A stretch of DNA of 64,000 nucleotides from NCBI GenBank assembly GCA_019058245.1, contig JAHPZJ010000030.1, forward strand, positions 128,001-192,000. The letters run 5' to 3'. Numbering within the stretch: position 1 is the first letter of the stretch; every line of letters starts with the position of its first letter. The stretch comes from Promethearchaeota archaeon (GTDB taxonomy: Archaea; Asgardarchaeota; Lokiarchaeia; Sigyniarchaeales; SOKP01). Both the position numbers and the translations under genes were made by a program. Shown piece by piece: positions 48,790-58,344 of the stretch. Below the pieces are notes generated by a model. It saw only the letters and a list, made by a program, of their open reading frames with translations, was not told where the DNA came from and did no database searches.

Positions 48790-48955
48790 AACAAACCAAT
48801 AAAGTATAATATTTTAATTTCTAATATAAATAATTATTGTCTTATTTATTTTAATACTCTCTAATCATTCTTTAATATTTAATTTGAAACTCTGGAGTAA
48901 AGATACTCTGCAAAGAAAGAAGTTCTAGTAATTAGATAAATATAAAAATTCGATA

Positions 48956-49303
48956 CTAATTTCTATTACTTATGATATTCTTTATTTCTTCCAAAAGAAG
49001 GTGCTTTTCAGCGATATACCAATTTATCTGACTTCTACTAGGATTTTCATGATATATTATCTCAGCGACTTTCTTAATTTCATTTTTCGAAGGAGGAATT
49101 AGTTGCCCATTAACATCATCTCTTAATAATAAGATAAGATTATCTGTTTCTAATGGTTTAATATCAAATCCATCCTTGATGTTATTATTAATTGTCACGC
49201 AAAGTTCTGCGAGCCTCCAGACGCTTTTTTCAACGCTTTGGTTCTCTTTATAAATTTTGAATGCTAATTTTGTTACATCTTCTTTTGTAAACATTTTGTT
49301 CAT
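48956..49303 (-). CDS. Protein with two DUF2934-like repeats
   Basis: EDVTKLAFKIYKEN...VWRLAE and NEIKKVAEIIYHEN...NWYIAE. Confidence 0.6.
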   Translation of the reverse strand: MNKMFTKEDVTKLAFKIYKENQSVEKSVWRLAELCVTINNNIKDGFDIKPLETDNLILLLRDDVNGQLIPPSKNEIKKVAEIIYHENPSRSQINWYIAEKHLLLEEIKNIISNRN

Positions 49304-49460
49304 TCAGAAACCTTATTTACACTAGAATTATTAATATGTTAATTAATCAACAAAAAGATAAATAACCTTTTAATTATTACGATTGGTTATTTCACTGGTC
49401 TAAAACCACAAAATTAAAAATTTATAATAGTTTCATATAAAATAATAATTATTAAAAAAT

Positions 49461-49564
49461 GCCTCCGTGGCTTAGTGGTAGAGCAGCAGACAGGGGTTCA
49501 TTATTCAACCAACCCTGCATTTGTAATCTGCCGGTCGTGGGTTCAAGTCCCACCGGGGGCTCCA
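49461..49564 (+). tRNA. tRNA-Thr(UGU) with a 29-nt intron at position 32/33 (49492-49520) and encoded CCA
   Basis: Acceptor stem GCCTCCG/CGGGGGC, D arm GCTT-AGTGGTA-GAGC, anticodon stem GCAGA/TCTGC, T arm GTGGG-TTCAAGT-CCCAC. A BHB motif predicts the spliced loop CT-TGT-AA. Confidence 0.92.
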
Positions 49565-49679
49565 TTATTAGTTATTCAATTATAATTCGTCCTATTCTCG
49601 ATTTACTAATTATTAATAGAACTGCACCTCTACCTATTCAGAAATAAAAATAAAAAAATAGTTTTTGGTTTGATTTATA

Positions 49680-50219
49680 TTAAATAACTATTATAACTGA
49701 AGATTCAAAATCAGTTGAAATCATACAATTTACTAATAAAAGACAGTTATAAATTTCTCCATCGCATTCTCTCAGAGTTTGAACAGTAACAGTATGAGAT
49801 CCTGTGGATAATGAATAATCCGCATATTGTAATGCTACTGAATAAATAAGAGAATTAGCAGAGGAACTTGTTGCTCCTACAGTAGTACTAGCATTATCAT
49901 ATGGAACACTATCAATTACTAGACGAAAATGCATATAAGCAACTGAACTAACTGGAACTACATCTGCTGTACATGTGAATAGAAAATATACGCTTTCTCC
50001 CTCTTTTACATCAAAATTAATACTTATACCAGTGATGGTGTACCATGCATCTTCTGCTGTAGATGTGAAATCCGCTTCTCTAAAATCCGTATAGGTTCGC
50101 TTGACTGCTGAACTTGAATCTGAATCTGGACTGAATGTGATAAATGTGAAAACACCAAGACCTATTGCACCAACAGCTACTATTAAAGCAAGAATACCTA
50201 TTCCTGATCCTTTTCCCAT
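49680..50219 (-). CDS. Membrane-anchored protein with a Ser/Thr-rich beta-sandwich domain
   Basis: N-terminal TM GIGILALIVAVGAIGLGVF followed by a beta-strand-rich domain. Confidence 0.72.
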   Translation of the reverse strand: MGKGSGIGILALIVAVGAIGLGVFTFITFSPDSDSSSAVKRTYTDFREADFTSTAEDAWYTITGISINFDVKEGESVYFLFTCTADVVPVSSVAYMHFRLVIDSVPYDNASTTVGATSSSANSLIYSVALQYADYSLSTGSHTVTVQTLRECDGEIYNCLLLVNCMISTDFESSVIIVI

Positions 50220-50512
50220 ATTAAATCCTTTCTTTTTATAATTAGATTCTATTTATCTAAAAAAAATTATTAGTTTAATGGTCATTTATAGATATAAATA
50301 TAAGTAATTTCACTAAACAAAATTGTAAAAAGTTTAAAAAAATTAAATAACAAATTATCCAAATTGATGCTGATGAATTCAGAATTCCTAAATTTGTTAT
50401 TTACCTAATTTTAAATCTAATAGATTAAGACAATTTAATTTAACTTAAATATTCTATTTATTATATTCGAAGAATAAATAAATATAACCTAAATTATGTA
50501 TGATGAAGATTA

Positions 50513-52087
50513 ATGAATAAGATCAATAGGATTATTCTTTGTATCATTGATGATGTTAGGGCTGGGCATTTTTTTGATTTTATTAATAGGGGTTTACTTC
50601 CTAATATAAAGAAATTGATGGAAAATGGAATTTATTCAGAGAATTGCATTACCGATTTTCCTCCTATTACCTATCCTACCCAAGTTTCGTTGTTAACGGG
50701 AACTTACACAGGTAATTATAAAAAGGAATTATGTCATGGGGTTCCTCTCCTTAATTGGATGGATCGTGACATAGTACCACCAATATTGCGAGAATATGCC
50801 GCTTTAGATTTACAAATATATAAAATCAATGATGATATTGGAAATAACTGTCAAACAATTCTAGAAATGATTGGAGATGAGAATACAGCGAGTATCGCAC
50901 AGTTTATTAATAGAGGTTCCAATTATATTTTTCCTAATAGAAAAACGAAACTTGCAATGTTCTACCTTCTATTAAAATATTATCCTAGTGTTAAGAAAAG
51001 ATTTATTAGAGCCAATTCTGTAATTGCCCAGAAATTAATTGAAGTTTTTAAAACACCAAAAAAATTCTTTGATAATGCAGAGCCTCCTATCGCTTCTTTG
51101 ATATGGTTTATGTCCTCTGATCTCATAATGCATAAGTATGGATTCGATTCAAATATATATAAATTGAATTTACTTCACATTGATAAGGTTATTGGAGTTG
51201 TAATTAAAAGTTTAGAGAAAATGGGTTATTTGGAAGAGACAGCAATAGCAATTACTTCAGACCATGGAAATTATAAAGCTAAACAAAGAAGTAGTCTAAA
51301 TGATTTTTTAAAACAAAATAGGTTAACCAATTATCATCCTCTCAAAAATTTAAAAGGGAATATGGATCTTGCTTATTATTCTGGAGTAGGTTTTTTTTAT
51401 TTTAAAGGGAAGAACAATTCAAATAGTATAAATAAGTGGATTCGTCCTACTATTGAAGAACTTAAGAAGTATGGGCCCAAGAGTAAAAATCTATTGGAAG
51501 AACTTTTTAAAATTCAGGGAAGTCATTTAATGTATTATAGAGACGATAATAACACATATAATAAAGGAGTAATTCATCTTAAAAGAAAGATTGAATCTAC
51601 AGGCAAAATTATAACAGGAAGGATTGAATATGAAGGAAAAGGGATTGATTATAAAACACGTTATATTTTAGATAATGATAATAAGGATATATTTGATTTT
51701 ATCAATGATAAGCAAGCAAGTAAGTTATTAGATAATAAATTTCACTCACCTCAAGAATGGTTAGAAGCAACTTATCATTTGGATTACCCTATCTATCCCG
51801 ATTTAATACCAAGACACTTTAAAAATCCTAGAAGTGCAGATATTATCCTTAGTAATAATGAATCTGTAAAATTTGGAATACATCATGGAAAGCATAAAAG
51901 CAAAAGCTTGTATGATCACGATATAGGTTTTCGAAAATGTATGGTTGTTCCTTTAATTATAGGTGGTTCGTTAGAAATTCCTCATGAGCACATTCAATAT
52001 TGTAAAATAACAGATATTGTTCCTACGTTATTAAAACTTATTGGAAAAAAACCTCACAACAGTGTAATTGGTTCAAGTTTAGTATAA
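50513..52087 (+). CDS. Alkaline-phosphatase superfamily phosphodiesterase/nucleotide pyrophosphatase
   Basis: IIDD, PITYP..VSLLTG (Thr nucleophile), D..MH..G, TSDHG, ITDIVPTLL. Confidence 0.88.
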   Translation: MNKINRIILCIIDDVRAGHFFDFINRGLLPNIKKLMENGIYSENCITDFPPITYPTQVSLLTGTYTGNYKKELCHGVPLLNWMDRDIVPPILREYAALDLQIYKINDDIGNNCQTILEMIGDENTASIAQFINRGSNYIFPNRKTKLAMFYLLLKYYPSVKKRFIRANSVIAQKLIEVFKTPKKFFDNAEPPIASLIWFMSSDLIMHKYGFDSNIYKLNLLHIDKVIGVVIKSLEKMGYLEETAIAITSDHGNYKAKQRSSLNDFLKQNRLTNYHPLKNLKGNMDLAYYSGVGFFYFKGKNNSNSINKWIRPTIEELKKYGPKSKNLLEELFKIQGSHLMYYRDDNNTYNKGVIHLKRKIESTGKIITGRIEYEGKGIDYKTRYILDNDNKDIFDFINDKQASKLLDNKFHSPQEWLEATYHLDYPIYPDLIPRHFKNPRSADIILSNNESVKFGIHHGKHKSKSLYDHDIGFRKCMVVPLIIGGSLEIPHEHIQYCKITDIVPTLLKLIGKKPHNSVIGSSLV

Positions 52088-52132
52088 ATTATTTAAAACT
52101 AAACCTTTACCTTCTTTTATTTAAAAATAGCA

Positions 52133-52161
52133 TCTATATAGAATATATAAGATATATAGAG
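52133..52161. promoter_or_regulatory. TATATA repeats at 9-bp spacing, candidate phosphate-regulon box
   Basis: TCTATATAGAATATATA (52133-52149) matches TCTATATAAAATATATA (62836-62852, upstream of pstCA) at 16/17 nt. Confidence 0.4.
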
Positions 52162-52270
52162 ATGTTAGTCAGATTTTATTAAATAAATATAATAAATAGA
52201 AGATTATATTTTATCACAAACTATAATTTAATTTAGTTTTGATTCATTTACAAAAGAGTAAGGCAATTCT

Positions 52271-52369
52271 ATGGAAAGAAAACTACTATATATTATCGCT
52301 TTGTCAATTGGTTTATTATGTGGTATAATTTTAGCTTTTATTGATCATTTTATTAGATCTTTCATATAG
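52271..52369 (+). CDS. Putative 32-aa single-pass membrane protein
   Basis: MERKLLYIIALSIGLLCGIILAFIDHFIRSFI*, ending 27 nt before the solute-binding protein gene. Confidence 0.5.
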   Translation: MERKLLYIIALSIGLLCGIILAFIDHFIRSFI

Positions 52370-52396
52370 ATAAAATCTTATTAAAATCTGTTAATT

Positions 52397-53521
52397 ATGA
52401 AACACACACGTAAAGTAAAAAGAGATAGTAAATTTGGAGTTATTTCTGTATTTATAATAGGATTTCTAATAGGGACATTTTCTACTAATTTTGTACTTCA
52501 AAGCAGAGGGGAAAGAACACATATAACAATAATTTATAGTTCTGAAAAGGCAAGTTGGATGACAGTTGCTTATTCTGATTTTATGGATGAGTGGCAAAAT
52601 ATTCATCCTGATGAACCAATCAGTATTGATATGCATCCTTATGGCTCTTCAAATTCAATCATTAGTATTCTTAATAGAGAAATTTATCCTACTATATGGA
52701 GTCCTGCAAGTTCTCTTTGGATGCCATTTTTAAACTCTAAATGGGCAGATTTAACAAATAGAAACGATCCAATAGTAAATATTAGTGCAGCAGTTAAAAT
52801 AATATATTCTCCCATAGTAATTGCTACTTGGGAATCGTTTAATAATACCTATAATATTAAGGGATTTAATGATGTACATAATCTGACAATAGATCCAGAT
52901 GTGAACATTAGAATGGCTCACACGGATCCCCGTTTGTCAAATTCAGGATTTATGACGGTGATTATGGCATTATCAGCAGCCTCTGGTATCTCTTCGGAGA
53001 ATTTATCAATGTCTGATCTACAAGATTTAACTAATCAAAAATGGCTCAGAGAATTTGAATCCAGCGCTGTGGTATATGGGACTTCTACTGGTTTCTTAGC
53101 GCGTTATATGAAAAATGAGGGACCAACTGCTTTAAATATTGCTTTTTTATATGAAAATTTAATAAGAGATATTTCCAGTACTGCTACAGGAGGAAAAATT
53201 ATTGCTGTTTATCCAGAGGAAGGAACATTATATAGCGACCATCCTTTTTGTATATTAAATGCTGATTGGATAACTGATCAGCAGAGAGTCGTAGCTGAAG
53301 CATTCCTTAATTTTTTAAATGAGAATGAAACAGTTTATTCTGCAATGGAATATGGATTTAGACCAATTAATCCTTCAATTGCATTAGATCCTGAAGTTTT
53401 TAATTATGAAACTAATGGAATTGCCTATGATCTTAATGTTCCTGAGTTACATATACCATTAGATGAACAAGTATTAATCAAAATCCCTGATTTATGGCAA
53501 TTGTGTAAAGCTACAGCATAA
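52397..53521 (+). CDS. ABC transporter solute-binding protein
   Basis: N-terminal TM anchor; SSEK, WSPASS, SPIVIA, HTDP..SNSG, YPEEGT..SDHP, GFRP. Confidence 0.85.
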   Translation: MKHTRKVKRDSKFGVISVFIIGFLIGTFSTNFVLQSRGERTHITIIYSSEKASWMTVAYSDFMDEWQNIHPDEPISIDMHPYGSSNSIISILNREIYPTIWSPASSLWMPFLNSKWADLTNRNDPIVNISAAVKIIYSPIVIATWESFNNTYNIKGFNDVHNLTIDPDVNIRMAHTDPRLSNSGFMTVIMALSAASGISSENLSMSDLQDLTNQKWLREFESSAVVYGTSTGFLARYMKNEGPTALNIAFLYENLIRDISSTATGGKIIAVYPEEGTLYSDHPFCILNADWITDQQRVVAEAFLNFLNENETVYSAMEYGFRPINPSIALDPEVFNYETNGIAYDLNVPELHIPLDEQVLIKIPDLWQLCKATA

Positions 53522-53539
53522 AAAGAAATAATAATTAAA

Positions 53540-55216
53540 ATGATAAAGAAAAATTATAAAAGAAATCAATATTTGAAAGAAAGTTCTCAAGAAGAAGAGT
53601 TGAATTTACCTTTAAGTTTAAAATTAGATAGATTCTTTTCTAAGTCAATATACAGAAAAAGTCTAGATTCTATAGTAATTCTCTTTTTTATTTTGGTTAT
53701 TATAGGTCCGATAATCAACATTTTTTCAACGATTTTTCTAAATATTCCTGCTATAAATAAAGATGTTTTTAACGACCCATTGTTGGGAGATTTACAATGG
53801 CATAATATGTTGAGAGCTTTAGGATCCTCCTTTTCAATTGCATCAATAGCCGTAGGGGTCGATATTATTATTGCTTTTCCCATATCAATCATATTAACGA
53901 GATATAATTTTAGAGGTAAAAAAATACTTGATGCATTGGTAGATCTGCCAATGGCTGTACCTACTAGTGCATTAGGTTTTTCTATAATGTTATTTTGGGG
54001 AATATTTGGAATATATCCGGGATTTACATTGATTGTGCTTGGACACATAGTATTCACATTCCCATATATCGTGCGAAACATGAAGATTGTATTAGAAAAA
54101 TCCGCTGTTCTATATGAAGATGCCGCTCAAACCCTAGGAGCACCAGGATTCACAGTATTTCGAACTATTACGCTTCCATTGATGAAGGAGGGATTAATAG
54201 CTGGGGCTATCCTTGCATTTACGAGAAGTTTAGGTGAAACTGGTGCAACAATTATACTTTCAGGTTTAATAGAAACAGCCCCAATTCTGATTGTGGGATA
54301 TAGAAGGCAATTAGATTTACCCTCTGCTTCTCTATTAGCTGGAATACTAATAGTAATTTCTCTTTTACTACTCTTTTCAATTAAATTTATAACTCGGAAA
54401 ATAGGATTTCCAGTTAGTTCAGTATGGCCTAGAATAGAAAGATTTTTAAGTAAAAAGAATCTAAGACATATAAGAGATTTTTTAGCTTTAGGAATCCTTT
54501 TTGTTGTAATTCTTATCCCTGCTTTTTATATTATAGTAGAAATAATTGGTGCAAATTTTGTAGAGGAAGTTTTCTTAGGAAAAGATTATAAGTGGGCATT
54601 TTTATATACGAGTTTTATTTACTCAATTGAAATAGGAGCTTTAGCTGTTTTTATAAATTTAATTTTTGGAATACCTTTTGCATTTATAATTACAAAACGA
54701 AAGTGGGGAAAAGTAATCACCATTTTAGATACTATTTTAGATATCCCGATTGCAATTCCTTCAGCAGCTTTAGGATTTGCAACATTTTTATTTTGGGGTC
54801 CATCAGGCCTTGGTTTGTTTCAATCTGGATTTTTTATGATATTATTTGTACATATTGCTTTTACATTTCCATATATGGTTCGTCCAATTATTGGAGTTTT
54901 AGAATCTTCAAATAAGGGAGTTGAAGAAGCTGCTCGAACTTTAGGTGCTTCGAATATGACCGTTTTTAGGAAAATTACTCTTCCCAACATAAAGCAAGGG
55001 ATTATTGCAGGATGTATAATGACTTTCACTCGCTCATTAGGAGAGACAGGTGCAACTATTGTTGTAATGGGGGGTATAAGAACCATTCCTGTGCTTATCG
55101 TAGATTTTGTTGAGGCAAATGCCTATGCCTCAGCAATATTTGCGAGTGTAATTATTATGATTTTTAGTGCATTCTTAATTTTTGCATTACGAACAGTATC
55201 AAAAAAAAGAGGATAG
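53540..55216 (+). CDS. ABC importer permease with two fused TM domains (FbpB/CysTW-like)
   Basis: Two EAA loops (EDAAQTLGA, EEAARTLGA) and two FTRSLGETGAT motifs. Confidence 0.92.
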   Translation: MIKKNYKRNQYLKESSQEEELNLPLSLKLDRFFSKSIYRKSLDSIVILFFILVIIGPIINIFSTIFLNIPAINKDVFNDPLLGDLQWHNMLRALGSSFSIASIAVGVDIIIAFPISIILTRYNFRGKKILDALVDLPMAVPTSALGFSIMLFWGIFGIYPGFTLIVLGHIVFTFPYIVRNMKIVLEKSAVLYEDAAQTLGAPGFTVFRTITLPLMKEGLIAGAILAFTRSLGETGATIILSGLIETAPILIVGYRRQLDLPSASLLAGILIVISLLLLFSIKFITRKIGFPVSSVWPRIERFLSKKNLRHIRDFLALGILFVVILIPAFYIIVEIIGANFVEEVFLGKDYKWAFLYTSFIYSIEIGALAVFINLIFGIPFAFIITKRKWGKVITILDTILDIPIAIPSAALGFATFLFWGPSGLGLFQSGFFMILFVHIAFTFPYMVRPIIGVLESSNKGVEEAARTLGASNMTVFRKITLPNIKQGIIAGCIMTFTRSLGETGATIVVMGGIRTIPVLIVDFVEANAYASAIFASVIIMIFSAFLIFALRTVSKKRG

Positions 55217-55220
55217 TCTA

Positions 55221-56366
55221 TTGCCAACTATAGAACTAATAAACGTTACAAAAACTTTTAATGAAGGTAAGGTTCTAGCTGTTGATAATATCTCTGTGAA
55301 AATTGAGCATGGGGAATATGTTTTTTTGATAGGACCTACTGGATGTGGGAAAACCACAACACTTAGAATGATTGCGGGACTTGAAGATCCTACTAAAGGT
55401 AAATTTTTGATTGATGGAAAAGACGTTAAAGGCATCCCACCAGAAGATAGAGATATGGGTTTTATTTTTCAACATTTTGAAATTTTTGATCATTTGACTA
55501 TATGGGAAAATGTAACCTTTGGTTTAGAAATGCGAGGTTATAACGATAATTATATTATTAAGGAAGCTGAGAAAGCTCTCAAAACAGTTGATTTATTACA
55601 ATATGCTGATGAATATCCATCAATTTTTGGAAATCCAGGTTTACAAAAATTAGGAATAGCAAGAGCAATAGCAACAGGTGCTAAAATTTTGATTATGGAT
55701 GAGCCATTAGGATCTTTAGATCCTAAAGTATCCAAAGTTTTTCGTCATGAATTAAGAAATTTAGTAAAAGATTTAGGTCTCACAGCTATACATGTCACTC
55801 ATAATCAAGAAGAAGCGATGGCTATAGCCGATAAAATTATAATTATGAGAGGAGGAAAATTACTTCAGATGGGATCTCCTTATGAGTTATATGAAAATCC
55901 AAATAGTATATTTGTTGCAAATTTTTTAGGAGAAACTAATTTTCTTCAAGGATTTGTTTTAAAATTACTTGAAAATGAAGAAATGGAGATTAGAATACGT
56001 TTAGGAGGTCCAAAATTAAAAACGCATAATTTTGGTAACAAATTTGATTTAGATGATAATATAGTAATCGCTTATCGATTTGAAGATGTATATTTATTTC
56101 CAGAAGACTATAATTTTAAAAATAGTCAATATGATTGGTCTCAAATGGAATTATTTGAAGTAATTTTAGAAACATCAAGATTTATTGGGGCAACAAAAAG
56201 ATTTTACTTAACATTGGATAACAATGAGAAGTTTATTTCGGTAAAACCAGGAAATTTTGAGGAAAATTTCATCTCTGGAAAAAAATTGATAGTTGGAATT
56301 CACAAAGATGATATTCATGTATTTAAAGCCCCTGATAACTTATTATCTGAACTTTCTTTATCGTAG
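55221..56366 (+). CDS. ABC ATP-binding subunit with degenerate signature motif
   Basis: GPTGCGKT, FQ Q-loop, ILIMDEP and VTHN are intact, but LSGGQ is replaced by FGNPG. Start at TTG 55221 after GAGGA. Confidence 0.9.
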   Translation: MPTIELINVTKTFNEGKVLAVDNISVKIEHGEYVFLIGPTGCGKTTTLRMIAGLEDPTKGKFLIDGKDVKGIPPEDRDMGFIFQHFEIFDHLTIWENVTFGLEMRGYNDNYIIKEAEKALKTVDLLQYADEYPSIFGNPGLQKLGIARAIATGAKILIMDEPLGSLDPKVSKVFRHELRNLVKDLGLTAIHVTHNQEEAMAIADKIIIMRGGKLLQMGSPYELYENPNSIFVANFLGETNFLQGFVLKLLENEEMEIRIRLGGPKLKTHNFGNKFDLDDNIVIAYRFEDVYLFPEDYNFKNSQYDWSQMELFEVILETSRFIGATKRFYLTLDNNEKFISVKPGNFEENFISGKKLIVGIHKDDIHVFKAPDNLLSELSLS

Positions 56367-56377
56367 GTGAGAAACTA

Positions 56378-57601
56378 TTGGTAAATATTAAACTTAAATG
56401 CATCTTTAAAAAGTTTAGAAATTTCACAGCTTTAGAAAATATTTCACTAGAGATAAAAGATAAAGAATATTTTATTATTTTAGGCCCTACTGGTGCTGGT
56501 AAAACTACTTTACTTAAACTTATTGCTGGTCTTCTTAAGCCTGATTCGGGAAAGATATTTTTCGATGAGCAGGATGTTACTAAGAAATCACCTGGAGAAA
56601 GAAATATAGGTTTTATGTTTGAAAACTATGCATTATTTCCTCATATGAATGTTGTCGAAAACATTTCTTACAGTGGAAGAGTTCATGCTAGAGATTCTCA
56701 AACAACCAAATCATTAGTTGAACAAGTATTAATGATGACTTTATTAACAAGAAGAGACGATGCATACCCAGATGAGCTTAGTGGGGGAATGAAACAGAGA
56801 GTTGCATTATGTCGGTCTTTACTCAATCTAGAACAAACTAAATTATTGATATTAGATGAACCTCTAAAAGCACTTGATGCCGGACTTAGAATGAGTTTAA
56901 GAAGAGAATTACTTTTAATGGCAAAATCTAAAGAATTAGGATTAACAGTAATTCATGTTACCAATGACGAAAGAGAGGCCATGATGGTAGCTGATAGAAT
57001 AGCTGTAATTAATGAAGGAAAACTTATTCAAGTAGGAAGTCCTCATGAGATATATTACCATCCAATTAATCTTTTTGTCGCAAACTTTATGAGTGAAATC
57101 AATTATTTTGATGGAATTTGTGTTAAAAATAAAAAGCTAGAATGGGATATTCACAGTAAATCTAAACAGGGGGATAAATTCTTCAATGAGATTCAAGAAG
57201 AATCTGTTCCAATGCCAATAGATATTGGTTTTGAAAATACTTTCGCAGGTTATTTAAAAGAATCATTGTATAATAAAATTCAAGATAATGATAAAGTATT
57301 ATTAGTTGTTCGAACTAACCACATGAAAATTCGATTGGGTAATCGCGTCAGTGAAAAAAGAAATGCAATACTGGGAACAATACTCCGTCGTAAATTTATG
57401 GGAGTATTTTACCGATTCGAAATACTTGCAAAGGTAGATCATAAAGATAAAGTGATTATTGTTACTAGATCAGCCACTTATGAAATCCATAATGCATTTT
57501 TAGAGAATTCTGAGGTAACCGTATATTTTCCTAAAGAATTGGGAATAATATTTGAGCACCCAGGTGATGAAATAATAAGAGAAGTATTAAAATTAGAATA
57601 A
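56378..57601 (+). CDS. ABC ATP-binding subunit with degenerate Q- and H-loops
   Basis: GPTGAGKT, LSGGM and LILDEP are intact; the Q-loop reads FE and the H-loop reads VTND. Confidence 0.9.
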   Translation: MVNIKLKCIFKKFRNFTALENISLEIKDKEYFIILGPTGAGKTTLLKLIAGLLKPDSGKIFFDEQDVTKKSPGERNIGFMFENYALFPHMNVVENISYSGRVHARDSQTTKSLVEQVLMMTLLTRRDDAYPDELSGGMKQRVALCRSLLNLEQTKLLILDEPLKALDAGLRMSLRRELLLMAKSKELGLTVIHVTNDEREAMMVADRIAVINEGKLIQVGSPHEIYYHPINLFVANFMSEINYFDGICVKNKKLEWDIHSKSKQGDKFFNEIQEESVPMPIDIGFENTFAGYLKESLYNKIQDNDKVLLVVRTNHMKIRLGNRVSEKRNAILGTILRRKFMGVFYRFEILAKVDHKDKVIIVTRSATYEIHNAFLENSEVTVYFPKELGIIFEHPGDEIIREVLKLE

Positions 57602-57653
57602 AAATATTAAATAATATTGAAATAAATAAGAAATTTAAAAAAAAAGAGTTCTC

Positions 57654-58337
57654 ATGAGTTCTTTAATGGAATGGTTTAAATCGCGTAATGAAGAAAACGC
57701 AATGAATTTAACATTAGTTCATACTCAGAAAGTACTTGAATGTATTGTCGAATTTGATAAAGGATTATCCTTCTTACTTGAAGAAAAAAACATAGACCTC
57801 GCATTAAAGGTTTTTTTTAGAGTCGATGAATTAGAACATCAGGCAGATGGGATTCGAAGAAATATTCTTAACATGTTATCACAGGCAGAACTTCCATCTA
57901 AAATTCGAGAGAATTTAACGCATCTTGTTAAAAGAATTGATGATATTGCAAATGCAGCCAACACGAGTTCAAGAATTCTTATCTCTATGAATCATAAGGA
58001 TTTTATGAATTTAGGAGAGGTTATCCATAAAAATATCTTAGAAATTTCAAAAATTTCGGTAGAAGCTATTAAAAAAGTAAATCTTATGGTAAATGAACTT
58101 TTAAAAGCAGAAGAAGAAAAAACACAACAGCTAGGGCAAGAAGTTAACCTTTTAGAACACCAATGTGATGAAAAACATTACGCAATCAGTCGAAGTTTGG
58201 TATCAAATAATCTTGATATAAATCCATTTAGTGCAATAGTGATTTATAATTGTATATCAGCTATGGAAGCTATTAGTGACAATGCTGAAGACGTTGCGGA
58301 TTATATCATTATGTTGACAGTAGCAAAAAAAATGTAA
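57654..58337 (+). CDS. DUF47 (PhoU-like) phosphate transport regulator
   Basis: LEHQADGIRR, RE.L..L...IDDIA, LEHQCDE, EAISDNAEDVAD. Confidence 0.88.
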   Translation: MSSLMEWFKSRNEENAMNLTLVHTQKVLECIVEFDKGLSFLLEEKNIDLALKVFFRVDELEHQADGIRRNILNMLSQAELPSKIRENLTHLVKRIDDIANAANTSSRILISMNHKDFMNLGEVIHKNILEISKISVEAIKKVNLMVNELLKAEEEKTQQLGQEVNLLEHQCDEKHYAISRSLVSNNLDINPFSAIVIYNCISAMEAISDNAEDVADYIIMLTVAKKM

Positions 58338-58344
58338 TTCTAGT

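Noticed and set aside
49459-49647. 62-aa ORF in the ORF track
   Set aside because: It overlaps the intron-containing tRNA-Thr on the same strand.
49565-50512. Possible integrated element at the tRNA 3' end
   Set aside because: No integrase and no duplicated tRNA 3' end seen in the window.
55182-55220. Longer start of the first ABC ATPase
   Set aside because: It overlaps the permease; TTG 55221 has a well-placed GAGGA.
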